Shown: positions 30,402-40,376 of the stretch, one piece after another
Numbering within the stretch: the first letter of the stretch is position 1
Layout: the number at the start of each line of letters is the position of its first letter
Origin: an uncultured Methanoregulaceae archaeon
GTDB lineage: Archaea > Halobacteriota > Methanomicrobia > Methanomicrobiales > Methanospirillaceae
DNA: 64,000 nt
Direction of reading: 5' to 3'
Assembly: GCA_963841015.1 (NCBI GenBank)
Contig: CAWJAX010000003.1
Location: 224,001 to 288,000, forward strand
Position numbers and translations under genes: made by a program
The notes under the pieces: model-generated
The model's database searches: none
What the model was told of the DNA's origin: nothing
The model's input: the letters and a program-made list of their open reading frames with translations, nothing else

Positions 30402-31002
30402 TCAGCGCTTCTCCAGGAGAGTACGTATACGTATCAGCTCACCGAGGATCTGCTGATCGACAGGACTGCCGTTCACTGGTGAGACGGTGCTGTTCCCGGT
30501 CCCGTCATCACGAGCGGGAGACTCGCGGACCATTGACCGTATAAGTTCCCGGAGTTCTTCAGCATGCTCGATAGCCTCAATCAGGATCTCCGGCATTGCC
30601 TGCCCGGAATAGCCTGCTGTCTGGATAGAAAGGTTTGAGATCCCGAGAAAGCGCATGAACGGTCCCTGCCGTACATCAAGATTCGTGATGCGGTTATAAG
30701 CAATGATCCCGGTTGTCCGGAACCAGACGCCCCGCTTCCAGTTGATCTCATCATCGCGAAGCTCGTACCACATGCTGTCGTAAAAGAGACCGACCCAGTA
30801 CCAGAGCAGGGCATACAGGAGGAGAGTCCCCACGGGGATAACGACCAAGAACGCTGCCGGCATTTCGGCAAACGGTACCTGCCGGTACATACGCGAAGAG
30901 CAGGATAAGACCGAGAATGAGCGCGATTCCGACCCGGTACCACGTCTTCATCGAAAACGAAGGCTTGAACAGGGTGTTGAGGGGATAATGCTGACTCTGC
31001 AT
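30402..31002 (-). CDS. Membrane protein with bacterial PH (bPH_2/YdbS-like) domain, frameshift near 30880
   Basis: Two TM helices then YEL..KRGVWF..IAYNRITNLDVRQGPFMRFLG..IQTAG; N-terminus is in ORF 30751-31002. Confidence 0.8.
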
Positions 31003-31087
31003 GGGTATCTTCCCGGAATTTTTGTGATGGGCACAGATAAGGTTGTGTGATCTCCAGCCAGTGAACGCAAATCAGAAATACCGAAAA

Positions 31088-31585
31088 ATGAAAGCATTCT
31101 TCATGAAAATCACCATACCTCTCACAGCGGTATTTGTTCTCATCATCTGTGTAGTATTTGCCGGTTGTACAAGCCCCACCGATGCAAAGATCAAACCCTT
31201 CGAAACAACCGCTCCGGCACCCAGTCCGACACCAACCTTTCACTCTACTTCAACAGTTATATCCACACCACAAGCCGTAGAAGCCCTCCCGTACGAGAGA
31301 AATGTTAACATCCAGGTCGATAAACAGCGTCCTGATGCCTCAATTCACCTGATTTTCATTGGTGGCCGGGGAGAGGATTATGTCCAGAATATCATGATGC
31401 GGGTTACCCGTTCAGATGGAACAGTTGAAGAAAAATATTTAAGTGACGGGATACGGAAGCCCCGCTCTTATGATGAGCTGGTGATGGACGGTACCCGGGG
31501 CACTGATCAGGTTGAAGTGTTCATCACCAGCCTGGGGACGACCTATAAGATATTTGATAAACCGCTTGCGTATCCGGACGTATAA
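31088..31585 (+). CDS. Hypothetical lipoprotein
   Basis: FAGC lipobox, Pro/Thr linker, FIGGRG...VTRSDG...GTRGTDQVEV. Confidence 0.7.
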   Translation: MKAFFMKITIPLTAVFVLIICVVFAGCTSPTDAKIKPFETTAPAPSPTPTFHSTSTVISTPQAVEALPYERNVNIQVDKQRPDASIHLIFIGGRGEDYVQNIMMRVTRSDGTVEEKYLSDGIRKPRSYDELVMDGTRGTDQVEVFITSLGTTYKIFDKPLAYPDV

Positions 31586-31659
31586 ATATCTTTTTTCCTC
31601 ATGGGGCGTTGAAGATGAAGATCACTTTCAAGGAATCATTATCAGAGAGGGAGACCTTA

Positions 31660-32416
31660 TCACTTCCCCTCATTGCCTGAAAAATTCGGGCACTCCGTGA
31701 CACAGAGACTGCACCGGATCGTTGCCGTCCGTGCGATCCAGGGTGCGAGAGGGGCCATGCATTTCAATAAGAGCGTTTGTCCCAGCACCCACTTCGCAGC
31801 CGGGACCAGGATGGGGGGAACCCAGGCACTCACAGTTCGGCAACGGAACGCGTCGATACCTTCCGGCCTCAATGCTCCCTGCGGGCAAACCCTGATACAG
31901 TGTCCGCATCCTGAGCAGGCCAGGGTATCTTTTCCGACAGCATCACGGTCAGCTGGCTGGGATTCCTCTACTTGTCGTCCTGTTACAACCCCGCTCAGCA
32001 ATAATCGCGGGCCGAACCGGGGGTTGAGGAGAACCGAATTCCTGCCCGGCGACCCGAGCCCCCCGGCTGCTGCGACCTGTTTCAGACGCACAACCCCCTG
32101 AATTTTTCCATCAGCAATCTTTACCGGAAGATAGAGCGGAACAGGCTTGGCCGTAACCTCTTCTGCTTCCAGGCGACCGGCGAGCCTGACAGCGGTGTTG
32201 TCCAGCGCTTCTGCAATCCGGAGCATCCCCCGGGTCTTCTCCTTCGGCGGCATCCGGTATACCGGGACCGGAACTTCCTTCCCGAATACGATCACGGATT
32301 GGGCAGCCGGAAAAAATTGTACCTACTGAGGACCTGTCCTCATCTGAGAGGTTATCGAGGCTGACTTCTGAGAAAACGTCGATTCCCTGCTCCTTAAAGA
32401 ACACTTTGAGATCCAA
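31660..32416 (-). CDS. Epoxyqueuosine-reductase-like 4Fe-4S protein, frameshift near 32322
   Basis: LKQVAAAGGLG..GRNSVLLNPRFGPRL, CSGCGHCIRVCP, CSLCVTECP. Confidence 0.75.
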
Positions 32417-32730
32417 TCCACTACTCCTCTTTGACCTGGTTTTTTAATGAGTTACTATAGATGGAATTACTTCACCTATATTCCCTTTTCTTTGTCTGTA
32501 GAGGGATGGAGGCAGGGAGGTTTGAACAGTGAGTGATACGGGACGAGAGGAAGAGTCACAACCCAGACGGAGAACCGGGAATCCGGATTGGTTCGGTTCC
32601 GATGGGGGAGAACCGGAAACGGACGCCAGAACAGCAGGATGAACGTGAGCAGCCCGGACTGTTTTTTAGCAAAACCTAAAAAACCCAAATAAAAAGATCT
32701 ATTATCAATTCTCTCACACCTCACTATTAC

Positions 32731-32976
32731 ATGTTTAGCTCCAGCAAACCCGTTGTAGAGAATACCGAAGAGAACCGGCAGATCTGCAGGAAGTACTGCA
32801 CGATATGCCAGAACTACAAGCGTCATTCCCTCGAAAAATACCAGCCCACCGAACTCTTCTGCGGATGCGGGACGTCCTCGGCACCGTCAATGAAAGAGAT
32901 AGGCTGCTTCTGCCCGGCCTGCGAGCTCTTCTCGAAGCACCATCTCCGCGGCGGGTACTTCTGCGTCAGGCACTAG
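32731..32976 (+). CDS. DUF2769-like Cys-rich protein
   Basis: VENTEENRQICRKYCTIC...LFCGCG...CFCPACEL...GYFC; paralog of 29299-29547. Confidence 0.8.
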   Translation: MFSSSKPVVENTEENRQICRKYCTICQNYKRHSLEKYQPTELFCGCGTSSAPSMKEIGCFCPACELFSKHHLRGGYFCVRH

Positions 32977-33068
32977 ACCCTATCCTGCCAATCAAACCAC
33001 ACGGACAAAAATGGGGAGAGAAGGGGGGCGGGGGTACGCACGGTTATCTGGCCTGGGGGATCTCTTCC

Positions 33069-33857
33069 CTAATGTCCCTTAAGGTCCTCAATTCTGACCG
33101 AAGGATTATGGTATCGCTGCCGGGCAGCAGTGCGGGAACCTGCCTGGATTGCTTCTGTCGGACAGAGGTGAATACACCCGCAGCAGAGTTCGCAGCGGTG
33201 TTTCCAGACAGGTTTTCTATCAATGATCTCGATGTTTCCCGCCGGGCAAATGGCTGCACAGGTGCCGCATGACGTACATTTCTCATTCACCGAGAATTTA
33301 CGGTCATCCTCATGGACGTGGGATGCAAACCTCGGGTAGGCTATTGAATGCAGTATACCGGACAGGAGTGAGGAGGGCAATGGAAGGATGTCATTCCGGT
33401 TGATTGCAGCTGCACTGTCCGCAATCTGTGTTTCGGCAGCCGCAAGAATTCTTTGCTGCTTCTCTCCTGTTGGGGATCCGTACATCAGGATATAATTACC
33501 AGGCATTTTAACCATGAACCCCGCATCCAGTCCATGGCCCCGCCGTTTCTTTACAATGCTGTCAAGTTGCTGTAATGCTGGTGCCGCCCCCGAACCTCCA
33601 AAAGTGACAATGGAGAAAACATATTTTGCTTTCGAGAGATCGAGGCGCCCGGCAAATTCAGCTACCATGACCGGCAGACCGGCAAAGTATACCGGATTTA
33701 TTATGCCAACCCGGTCAGCGGCAGGGATTATGTCTGCGGTTGTAGACCGCAGCGAAGCAATGGGTACAAGATCACAGTCTCCCAGGATTGCTGCTATCTT
33801 TTTTGCAACGGCAAGCGAGTTGCCGGTGCCCGTAAAATAATAGATGAGGGTCTTCAT
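33069..33857 (-). CDS. EFR1 family flavodoxin-ferredoxin fusion
   Basis: YFTGTGNS, PVY, MPGNY, CTSCGTCAAICP and CELCCGCIHLCP. Confidence 0.9.
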   Translation of the reverse strand: MKTLIYYFTGTGNSLAVAKKIAAILGDCDLVPIASLRSTTADIIPAADRVGIINPVYFAGLPVMVAEFAGRLDLSKAKYVFSIVTFGGSGAAPALQQLDSIVKKRRGHGLDAGFMVKMPGNYILMYGSPTGEKQQRILAAAETQIADSAAAINRNDILPLPSSLLSGILHSIAYPRFASHVHEDDRKFSVNEKCTSCGTCAAICPAGNIEIIDRKPVWKHRCELCCGCIHLCPTEAIQAGSRTAARQRYHNPSVRIEDLKGH

Positions 33858-34106
33858 AGTAATCTTCCGTGAGAGGGTTCAAAGAACATCCGTGTCATTG
33901 TCAGGGACAGGTGACAGGGAGTCATTCCCAGGACAGGATGTCCTGTAGCCTGAATTCCGGTACAAACGGGTTCGGTGTAATTGTATACTTCGTATTTTCC
34001 TTGCAGAGAATTATAGATTAAGGTCCGGTTTGACCGCGGGAAGTAATCTGCTTCTTTTCTGCTTTCTTTTTGACCTGAACCTGTGACTACCAGATTTCTT
34101 TACCGT

Positions 34107-34475
34107 TTACCGTGCCTGAGCATCCTCTTCCCAGAGCCCGAACAAGTTACCCTCGGTGTCCATGCAGGTTGCAAGGAATCCCATGCCGGGAACTGCCATC
34201 TTTTCCGAAAGGACTTTTCCCCCGAGGCTCTTAACCTGTTTCATCGCGGCGTCAATGGAGGGAACCCCGAAATAATTCATGATGCGCTGCGACGCATCCA
34301 TCCGTTTTCCCATACCACCTCCGACTCCGGGGGTTCCATCCAGGTTGGTCGTGGTAAAGAGATTGTACTGCATCTCGGGTAAGGATTCGAATTTCCATCC
34401 GAAAAGCGCGGAATAAAAGTTCTTCGCTCTCTCAACATCATCTGTTGGGACGTCAAAATGAACAATTGCCGGCAT
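34107..34475 (-). CDS. VOC (glyoxalase/bleomycin resistance) family protein
   Basis: IVHFDV..DVERAKNFY..FGW, DTEGNLFGLWE. Confidence 0.9.
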   Translation of the reverse strand: MPAIVHFDVPTDDVERAKNFYSALFGWKFESLPEMQYNLFTTTNLDGTPGVGGGMGKRMDASQRIMNYFGVPSIDAAMKQVKSLGGKVLSEKMAVPGMGFLATCMDTEGNLFGLWEEDAQAR

Positions 34476-34780
34476 CAGATATTCACGAATCCTCTTTTGG
34501 TTAAAAGAGAATAAAAACTTTTATTTCGACGGTAGGAAAAAAAGATCTGTTATTGTATATCAGGCAATAACCGCCCCGGTCATGCCCGGCGGGTCCATGC
34601 GGATGCTGAATAAAGGGAGTGATTTGATGAAGATCCGGGATTTGATCCACTCCATAAACAATTCATACTATTTCGCGCTCTAGATGAAAAAACAAAATTT
34701 TATTGCAGGTGAGTTGTGAAAGATTTCCTGGAATAAAACCATGGGGTTTTCGGATTGACCGTTGTATTCCGTCGTGAAAC

Positions 34781-35488
34781 ATGACCCACTACCTGATAGA
34801 TATCCGCCTTATGGGTTCCATAAAGCACCAGATTCGCAATTTAAGCAATCATTTGGAGGAGAGATTTAATCTCGGGAACAAACGGGTTATCCCGCATATC
34901 ACCCTGGCCGGACCTTTTTCAACGACCGATGAACAAAAACTCATTGAAGATTTTACCAGCATATGTACGAACCAGAAAGTGATTCCAAAATATGAGGTAG
35001 GAGGTTACGGATTTTTTGATGATTCGAAAGTTGTTTTTGTCACTATTACTCCCGACGAGAACCTGAAACAATTCCGCTATCAGCTGTCCCGTGCACTCCT
35101 GCCGTATTGCTCATTGCGGAACTATGATCTGGTTTCTGCTGATGAATTCAGGTTCCATGCTACGCTGGCCATGAAACTTGACTGGCTCACCTTCCGGAGA
35201 ATAAAATGGTATTTCCGACACCAGGAACGTGTCACCTACCGGCACCATCCTATACGGGCAACATTGCTCCGGAACACAAAAATTCTCTGCGAGTATGATT
35301 TTATCCAGGAACGGATGCTGAGCCGGGCACAGGCACTGAGCAGGGCGACTATGAAGCGTGATTTTGATATTCTCAAGGTGTGGGATGATGGAAGCTGGGA
35401 ATCAGGATACCATCAGACATGCAGTAGTGTTAATCCGGAATCCAAAAAAGTCAACCCGTGGAAAAGCAGGAATAACGATGGAACATGA
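34781..35488 (+). CDS. 2H phosphoesterase (2'-5' RNA ligase superfamily)
   Basis: Two HxT motifs: PHITL and FHATL. Confidence 0.85.
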   Translation: MTHYLIDIRLMGSIKHQIRNLSNHLEERFNLGNKRVIPHITLAGPFSTTDEQKLIEDFTSICTNQKVIPKYEVGGYGFFDDSKVVFVTITPDENLKQFRYQLSRALLPYCSLRNYDLVSADEFRFHATLAMKLDWLTFRRIKWYFRHQERVTYRHHPIRATLLRNTKILCEYDFIQERMLSRAQALSRATMKRDFDILKVWDDGSWESGYHQTCSSVNPESKKVNPWKSRNNDGT

Positions 35489-35655
35489 CATCAAAACCTG
35501 ATACAGCGATGTACAGATAATTGAAAGAAGAAAAAGCAGAAGAAAAAAAGGCAGCCGGGAATACCAATCACTACACCAGTCTCGAAACATACATGAGGTT
35601 CTGCACCGAATGAACTATTGTTTTCATGAGACTAAAGAAAGGGAGTGAAGCAACA

Positions 35656-35874
35656 ATGAAAATTCAAGAGATCCATATGAAAATAATCGCAATCGGCCTT
35701 ATTCCTCTATTCCTTATACTCGCCATCGCATTGCCAGACTCCACCTCCAAAACCATCCTGCTGGGGGGTATAATGATCACCGCGCTTGTGGTGTCGTACA
35801 TAGGAATGTCAATGGCAAAGAAGGAAGCAAAGGAACCTGATGACCTGCTGGCAATCCCGCCAAAGAAATCATGA
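35656..35874 (+). CDS. Small 2-TM membrane protein
   Basis: Two hydrophobic helices and a basic tail. Confidence 0.6.
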   Translation: MKIQEIHMKIIAIGLIPLFLILAIALPDSTSKTILLGGIMITALVVSYIGMSMAKKEAKEPDDLLAIPPKKS

Positions 35875-36233
35875 TGTTCTTTCATCGTTAATCCCGGTAA
35901 ACAAAATCCACGGTTATGGAATTAACCGGAAAAACATGCACCTTTTCTCCCAATACTCTCCGTCGGAGACTTTTCATCATGAATGATTTCCACATCACAG
36001 AACAGCACTAATTTGTGAAAAAACAACACTATTAATTCAGGAATACTTCATTCTGGTGCTCATTTGGCTTATCCGGGGCTGAATCGACGCAGAAAATCAC
36101 CGCTAACAGCACCTATCTGGAGGGCAAAACTCATGATGGCTGGGGGGTAGCACGGTCAAAACCAAAGGAACACCTTTATTGAGGCCAAGATCGGGATATT
36201 GTCCGACAATAAAACCCGGACTTCCCACCTGAT

Positions 36234-36707
36234 TTATGCTGAATTCTGTCCTGTTTCCTCATCTTTGAGAAAAACCGTCCGCCACGATACCCTTCCTTCC
36301 TCAACCGCTTTTTTGATCAACCCCTCCTCTCGTGTGAGCTTCCCCTTCCCCTTCTTCACTTCCACCAGCACGACACTGATTGTATCTCCCTTCTCGTCTT
36401 TTACCCGGGTGTACCCGTCAAACACAACAAAATCTATAGGGTTCCCGATGAACCGGGCATCAGCAGGAGCAAACGGAAACTCTGGCAAAAGAGGGGCCAT
36501 CTGTTCGGAGATCCTGCCCTTCAGCGTTGAACGCGAGCGGTTGACCGAGTCCTTCCGGATATCGCTCGTGCATTCGAGCTTCCAGCGTTCGAGATCGTTT
36601 CGAGCCCGCCCTTCGATGGCGCTGATCTGCTGGCGGAAGAAGAGGTACGCGGCAATGATGCCGAGGATAAAGGCAATGGCCGGGATTATGAGGTCGGTGG
36701 GGGTCAT
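36234..36707 (-). CDS. Membrane-anchored Holliday-junction-resolvase-like PD-(D/E)xK nuclease (Endonuc_Holl)
   Basis: N-terminal TM, GRISEQMAP, FIGNPIDFVVF, VEVKKG. Confidence 0.85.
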   Translation of the reverse strand: MTPTDLIIPAIAFILGIIAAYLFFRQQISAIEGRARNDLERWKLECTSDIRKDSVNRSRSTLKGRISEQMAPLLPEFPFAPADARFIGNPIDFVVFDGYTRVKDEKGDTISVVLVEVKKGKGKLTREEGLIKKAVEEGRVSWRTVFLKDEETGQNSA

Positions 36708-36953
36708 TCTGATAGGGGATTGAGCGTGGAGGAGATATAGGTAAGGAGGAGGGGGTGAAAATAAACAAAGGAGCGGTGTTTACTTTAAAAAATCCAAATT
36801 CCATTCGTGAAAAATCTGACAAACCTTTTTTTAAAAAATTGCCTGGTAGAGTGATTAAATACCCTCAGGATGAGATACCCTATTTGCTGAAAATCTTAAA
36901 TTAGTCTCTGACATTATTGTACCCCGCTGCAAAATATCACCTGTGAAGATCGT

Positions 36954-37895
36954 ATGAAGAAAATGGTTAACGACAGAACTAACTATCCTTCTTATATTTC
37001 TCTCAATGAATCCGGTGAGCTCGAAGAAAGAATTCACCGTGCATACGCACTTTTGGAGTCCTGCACGGTCTGCCCCCGGAAATGCAGGGTTAACCGCCTC
37101 GAAGATGAACGGGGTTTTTGCCGGACAGGTCTCCTTCCGGGGATATCCAGCTTCGGACCTCATTTTGGCGAGGAACCTCCTCTTGTCGGGACGAACGGAT
37201 CCGGCACTATCTTTGTAACCCATTGTAACCTGTCCTGTGAATACTGCCAGAATTACGATATCAGCCAGTGCGGGAACGGTGAAACCGTATCCTGCGAAAC
37301 ACTTGCCGGCATGATGATCACCCTTCAGGAGAGGAATTGTCACAATATCAACCTGGTCACCCCGTCGCATATCGTTCCCCAGATTATCAGGAGTATTGAT
37401 ATTGCCGCTGATCAGGGACTCCATATTCCCATCGTCTACAATTGCGGGGGGTATGAGTCGGTAGAAACACTTCGCCTTCTTGAAGGAATTATTGACATCT
37501 ATATGCCCGACGCAAAATACGGTGACGATACTATAGCGATGGCTCTCTCCCATGCCCCGGACTATGTACCAATCATGCACGCCGCACTCAAAGAGATGCA
37601 CCGCCAGGTGGGTGATCTGGTAGTAACCAATGGTGTGGCAGTGCGTGGCATGATCATACGGCACCTGGTGCTACCGGAAAATCTCGCAGGCAGTGACCGG
37701 GTGCTTCCCTGGATTGCAGAAAATATATCCCGCGATGCGTACGTGAATATCATGAACCAGTATCACCCTGCATGGCATGCGGGTAGTATGAAGGTGTCAT
37801 CACCGTACCGCTCCCTTGGCCGCAGGCTAAACCCTGATGAATACCTCTTTGCAATAACCTGTGCTCTGGACAGCGGTCTGCACCGTGGTTTTTAA
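36954..37895 (+). CDS. Radical SAM protein, PflX-like
   Basis: CTVCPRKC, HFGEEPP, CNLSCEYCQN, NINLVTP, RHLVLP. Confidence 0.9.
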   Translation: MKKMVNDRTNYPSYISLNESGELEERIHRAYALLESCTVCPRKCRVNRLEDERGFCRTGLLPGISSFGPHFGEEPPLVGTNGSGTIFVTHCNLSCEYCQNYDISQCGNGETVSCETLAGMMITLQERNCHNINLVTPSHIVPQIIRSIDIAADQGLHIPIVYNCGGYESVETLRLLEGIIDIYMPDAKYGDDTIAMALSHAPDYVPIMHAALKEMHRQVGDLVVTNGVAVRGMIIRHLVLPENLAGSDRVLPWIAENISRDAYVNIMNQYHPAWHAGSMKVSSPYRSLGRRLNPDEYLFAITCALDSGLHRGF

Positions 37896-38014
37896 GTAAG
37901 AAGCATTTCTTCCTTTTCTTGATAGCATTCATGCATTCGAGTTTTTAGCGTTCGAGATTGTTTCGTGCCCGCCCTTTGATTACGCTGATCTGCTGGCCAA
38001 CAAAAACAAAAAAA

Positions 38015-38434
38015 TTAATCAATGTTCCAGTATGCAAGTTTGATGCTATTGGAGACGTTCCCAAAATCATAATATACCGCTAAATTTTTTGCCGTTAAGG
38101 GAACCTCAAAATCGATTGTCCCGCTTATACTTTGATTTTTGTCGAGGTCAGTCAGATAACTCAAGCTGGCATTACTGGTTCCCTTATGAATTTTGGGGTC
38201 AAATCTGTTGCCTTCAGAATCCCTGATACTGAAATCCCCTCCTGATACCGTTATTGTGTCGGGGCCGATATTTTTCACACTGGTACTGACAAAGACGAAT
38301 GTATATCCAGTCTTAGCATATTCAACCTGCATAACCGCAGGACCCCCGTATTTATACGCAATCCCTTTTGAAGCTGAATTTACCGTTACCTGTCTTTCAG
38401 AGTTCTGGGCAGTGCCAGGCAGAGGTACCTTCAC
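38015..38434 (-). CDS. DUF4352-like Ig-fold domain (possibly the C-terminus of the upstream lipoprotein)
   Basis: VKNIG..DFSIRDSEGNRF..GTIDFEVP; no signal peptide of its own. Confidence 0.65.
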   Translation of the reverse strand: MKVPLPGTAQNSERQVTVNSASKGIAYKYGGPAVMQVEYAKTGYTFVFVSTSVKNIGPDTITVSGGDFSIRDSEGNRFDPKIHKGTSNASLSYLTDLDKNQSISGTIDFEVPLTAKNLAVYYDFGNVSNSIKLAYWNID

Positions 38435-39531
38435 GGGTGAGGAACGACCGATGGTGCAGGAGGAATTACGCTAAACCTCGTCCAGCCTTCATCGAGTAAC
38501 GGCTGCATGTCGCTCGCATTCACGGTGAGTCCGAAACGGTACGTCTCCCGGCAGACATCACAGGCCTGGCAGCTGACCGTGCCGAGCTGGATCTTCTTTA
38601 CGTCCCTGACATTGATGCTGTAGACGGATGAGTAGTAGTGTTTTATTATTTCCTCATCGGTCGGCGCCCGTATGTATACTCTTCCGGAGTTCTCTTCCCA
38701 GACCTGCCATGGCGTCTTCTCGCACATCTTTGGCTGGTATGAGAGGGATTGTTCAGATCCGACCATGAACTGGCCCATCTCGTCCCATTTCTCATCTATG
38801 ATCGCTGAATCCACGGTGCTGTCAATTATCGTGATCTTTATCGTATGGTCCGTGATTACCGGGGCAGTCACCTTTCCTGACCTGTCACCGTAACCTGAGT
38901 GGCTGCTCGTGAATGTGTAGGTGAGTACGTGCCGGACAGGGTATGACTCCTGCTGGATATAATTAACAAAACCGAGGCCGGAACCGTCATACGTGTAGGT
39001 CGGCGCTTCCCGTATCCAGGACTCTGCGAGATCCTTTACCTGGCTCTCGTCAAGCATTCTGGTGAATTCTACGGTCTCCTGGAGTTTCTCACGTATTCTT
39101 ATAAGGCCTGACGGCATGTAGTCGTTGACATTGTAGGTCGTTACGGTCTTTGTCTTCCCGTTCGCCGTGAATGTTATATCCGTGAAGCCAACGTCGGTCA
39201 CGTAGTTCTGGGCTTCGTCATACCGGTCTCCGTAGGAGGCGAAGTTGTTGTCTATAAACACCTTCACGATAGCATTGAACTGCTCCTTTGTCAGGTTCTT
39301 TTCGAATCGCTCGGTGATATTACCGTCCGCTGAATAAACGGTCAGAGTCGACGTGTCATTTGTCACCACCAGCTCCTGTATAGCGTGTGTCGGCATGACG
39401 AATCCACCGTAGAACCTGTACTTGATCACGATGTTCCCGGAGTTGGGTTCCTGGATCTGCGTGCATGCAGCGATCATCACCACCGCGATGAGCAGCACCG
39501 CGAATATTCCCATTATTTCAGTTTTTTTCAT
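38431..39531 (-). CDS. Multidomain secreted lipoprotein of unknown function
   Basis: IAAC lipobox; three apparent domains including APTYTYDG..GYGDRSG..ITDH and CEKTPW..CQACDVC. Confidence 0.75.
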   Translation of the reverse strand: MKKTEIMGIFAVLLIAVVMIAACTQIQEPNSGNIVIKYRFYGGFVMPTHAIQELVVTNDTSTLTVYSADGNITERFEKNLTKEQFNAIVKVFIDNNFASYGDRYDEAQNYVTDVGFTDITFTANGKTKTVTTYNVNDYMPSGLIRIREKLQETVEFTRMLDESQVKDLAESWIREAPTYTYDGSGLGFVNYIQQESYPVRHVLTYTFTSSHSGYGDRSGKVTAPVITDHTIKITIIDSTVDSAIIDEKWDEMGQFMVGSEQSLSYQPKMCEKTPWQVWEENSGRVYIRAPTDEEIIKHYYSSVYSINVRDVKKIQLGTVSCQACDVCRETYRFGLTVNASDMQPLLDEGWTRFSVIPPAPSVVPHP

Positions 39532-39737
39532 TTTTTTTCACGCTTCGTTGACAGATTATTTTCGGTATGTATTGTAATCGCGGAGTTATTTTATAAATCC
39601 TCTTTTGGGAACAATGTGAATGGCATCATCTGTCTATAATTCCCTGTTTCGTATTTTTCCACTAACGCAAGAAACGCAACCCAAGACCATTAGGATTTTG
39701 CAGAATATTCAAACGCAATTACCACCGATATATCTTC

Positions 39738-40190
39738 ATGGATTTGTCGATAGACCAGAATATGCAGGAAGCAATCGTCGAAGCACGAAAAGGACTTGCC
39801 GAAGGGGGTATTCCTATTGGCTCAGTGCTGGTGATTGATGGCAAAATTGTTAGTCGGGGACATAATCGCCGGGTGCAGCAAGGAAGTGCGATTTTACATG
39901 CTGAGATGGATTGCCTCGAAAACGCCGGGCGACTCAAAGCGAACGATTATCAAAAAGCGATCCTGTATTCTACCCTCTCACCCTGTGATATGTGCAGTGG
40001 TACAGTCCTGCTGTACAAAATCCCAAAAATAGTAATCGGGGAAAATACAACGTTCCAGGGACCCGAGGACTATATGCGTTCCCGGGGTGTGGAACTGGTA
40101 ATTCTGAATAACGAGGAATGTAAACAGATAATGCGTGATTTCATTTCCGCGAAACCAGAGTTGTGGAATGAAGATATCGGAGAAGAGTAA
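39738..40190 (+). CDS. Zn-dependent cytosine/nucleoside deaminase (yeast Fcy1-like)
   Basis: EGGIPIGSVL, HAE, SPCDMC. Confidence 0.9.
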   Translation: MDLSIDQNMQEAIVEARKGLAEGGIPIGSVLVIDGKIVSRGHNRRVQQGSAILHAEMDCLENAGRLKANDYQKAILYSTLSPCDMCSGTVLLYKIPKIVIGENTTFQGPEDYMRSRGVELVILNNEECKQIMRDFISAKPELWNEDIGEE

Positions 40191-40247
40191 GGTATATTTC
40201 ACCAGGTAGTACCCGCCATTCAGATATTCAAAGTGACAGGGAGATGG

Positions 40248-40363
40248 CGGGCAGGATTTAATCGCTAAAAAACCAATGGGATCGTTGTGCCCCTGAAGGC
40301 AATTGTTGAGGGAGAAACAATCATCGGCCCCGAACTGTCCAAGGAAGAATGGACAATCCTGAA
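40248..40363 (+). repeat. Direct repeat copy 1: upstream region plus first ~25 codons of the CoiA-like gene
   Basis: 116 bp with 11 mismatches to 42207-42322 by manual alignment; encodes MPLKAIVEGETIIGPELSKEEWTILN then stop. Confidence 0.9.
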
Positions 40364-40376
40364 TTAGGAGGGTGAA

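Noticed and set aside
33929-33945. Palindrome CAGGACA-GGA-TGTCCTG upstream of the EFR1 gene
   Set aside because: Single 7-bp-arm occurrence with no adjacent regulator; could be chance
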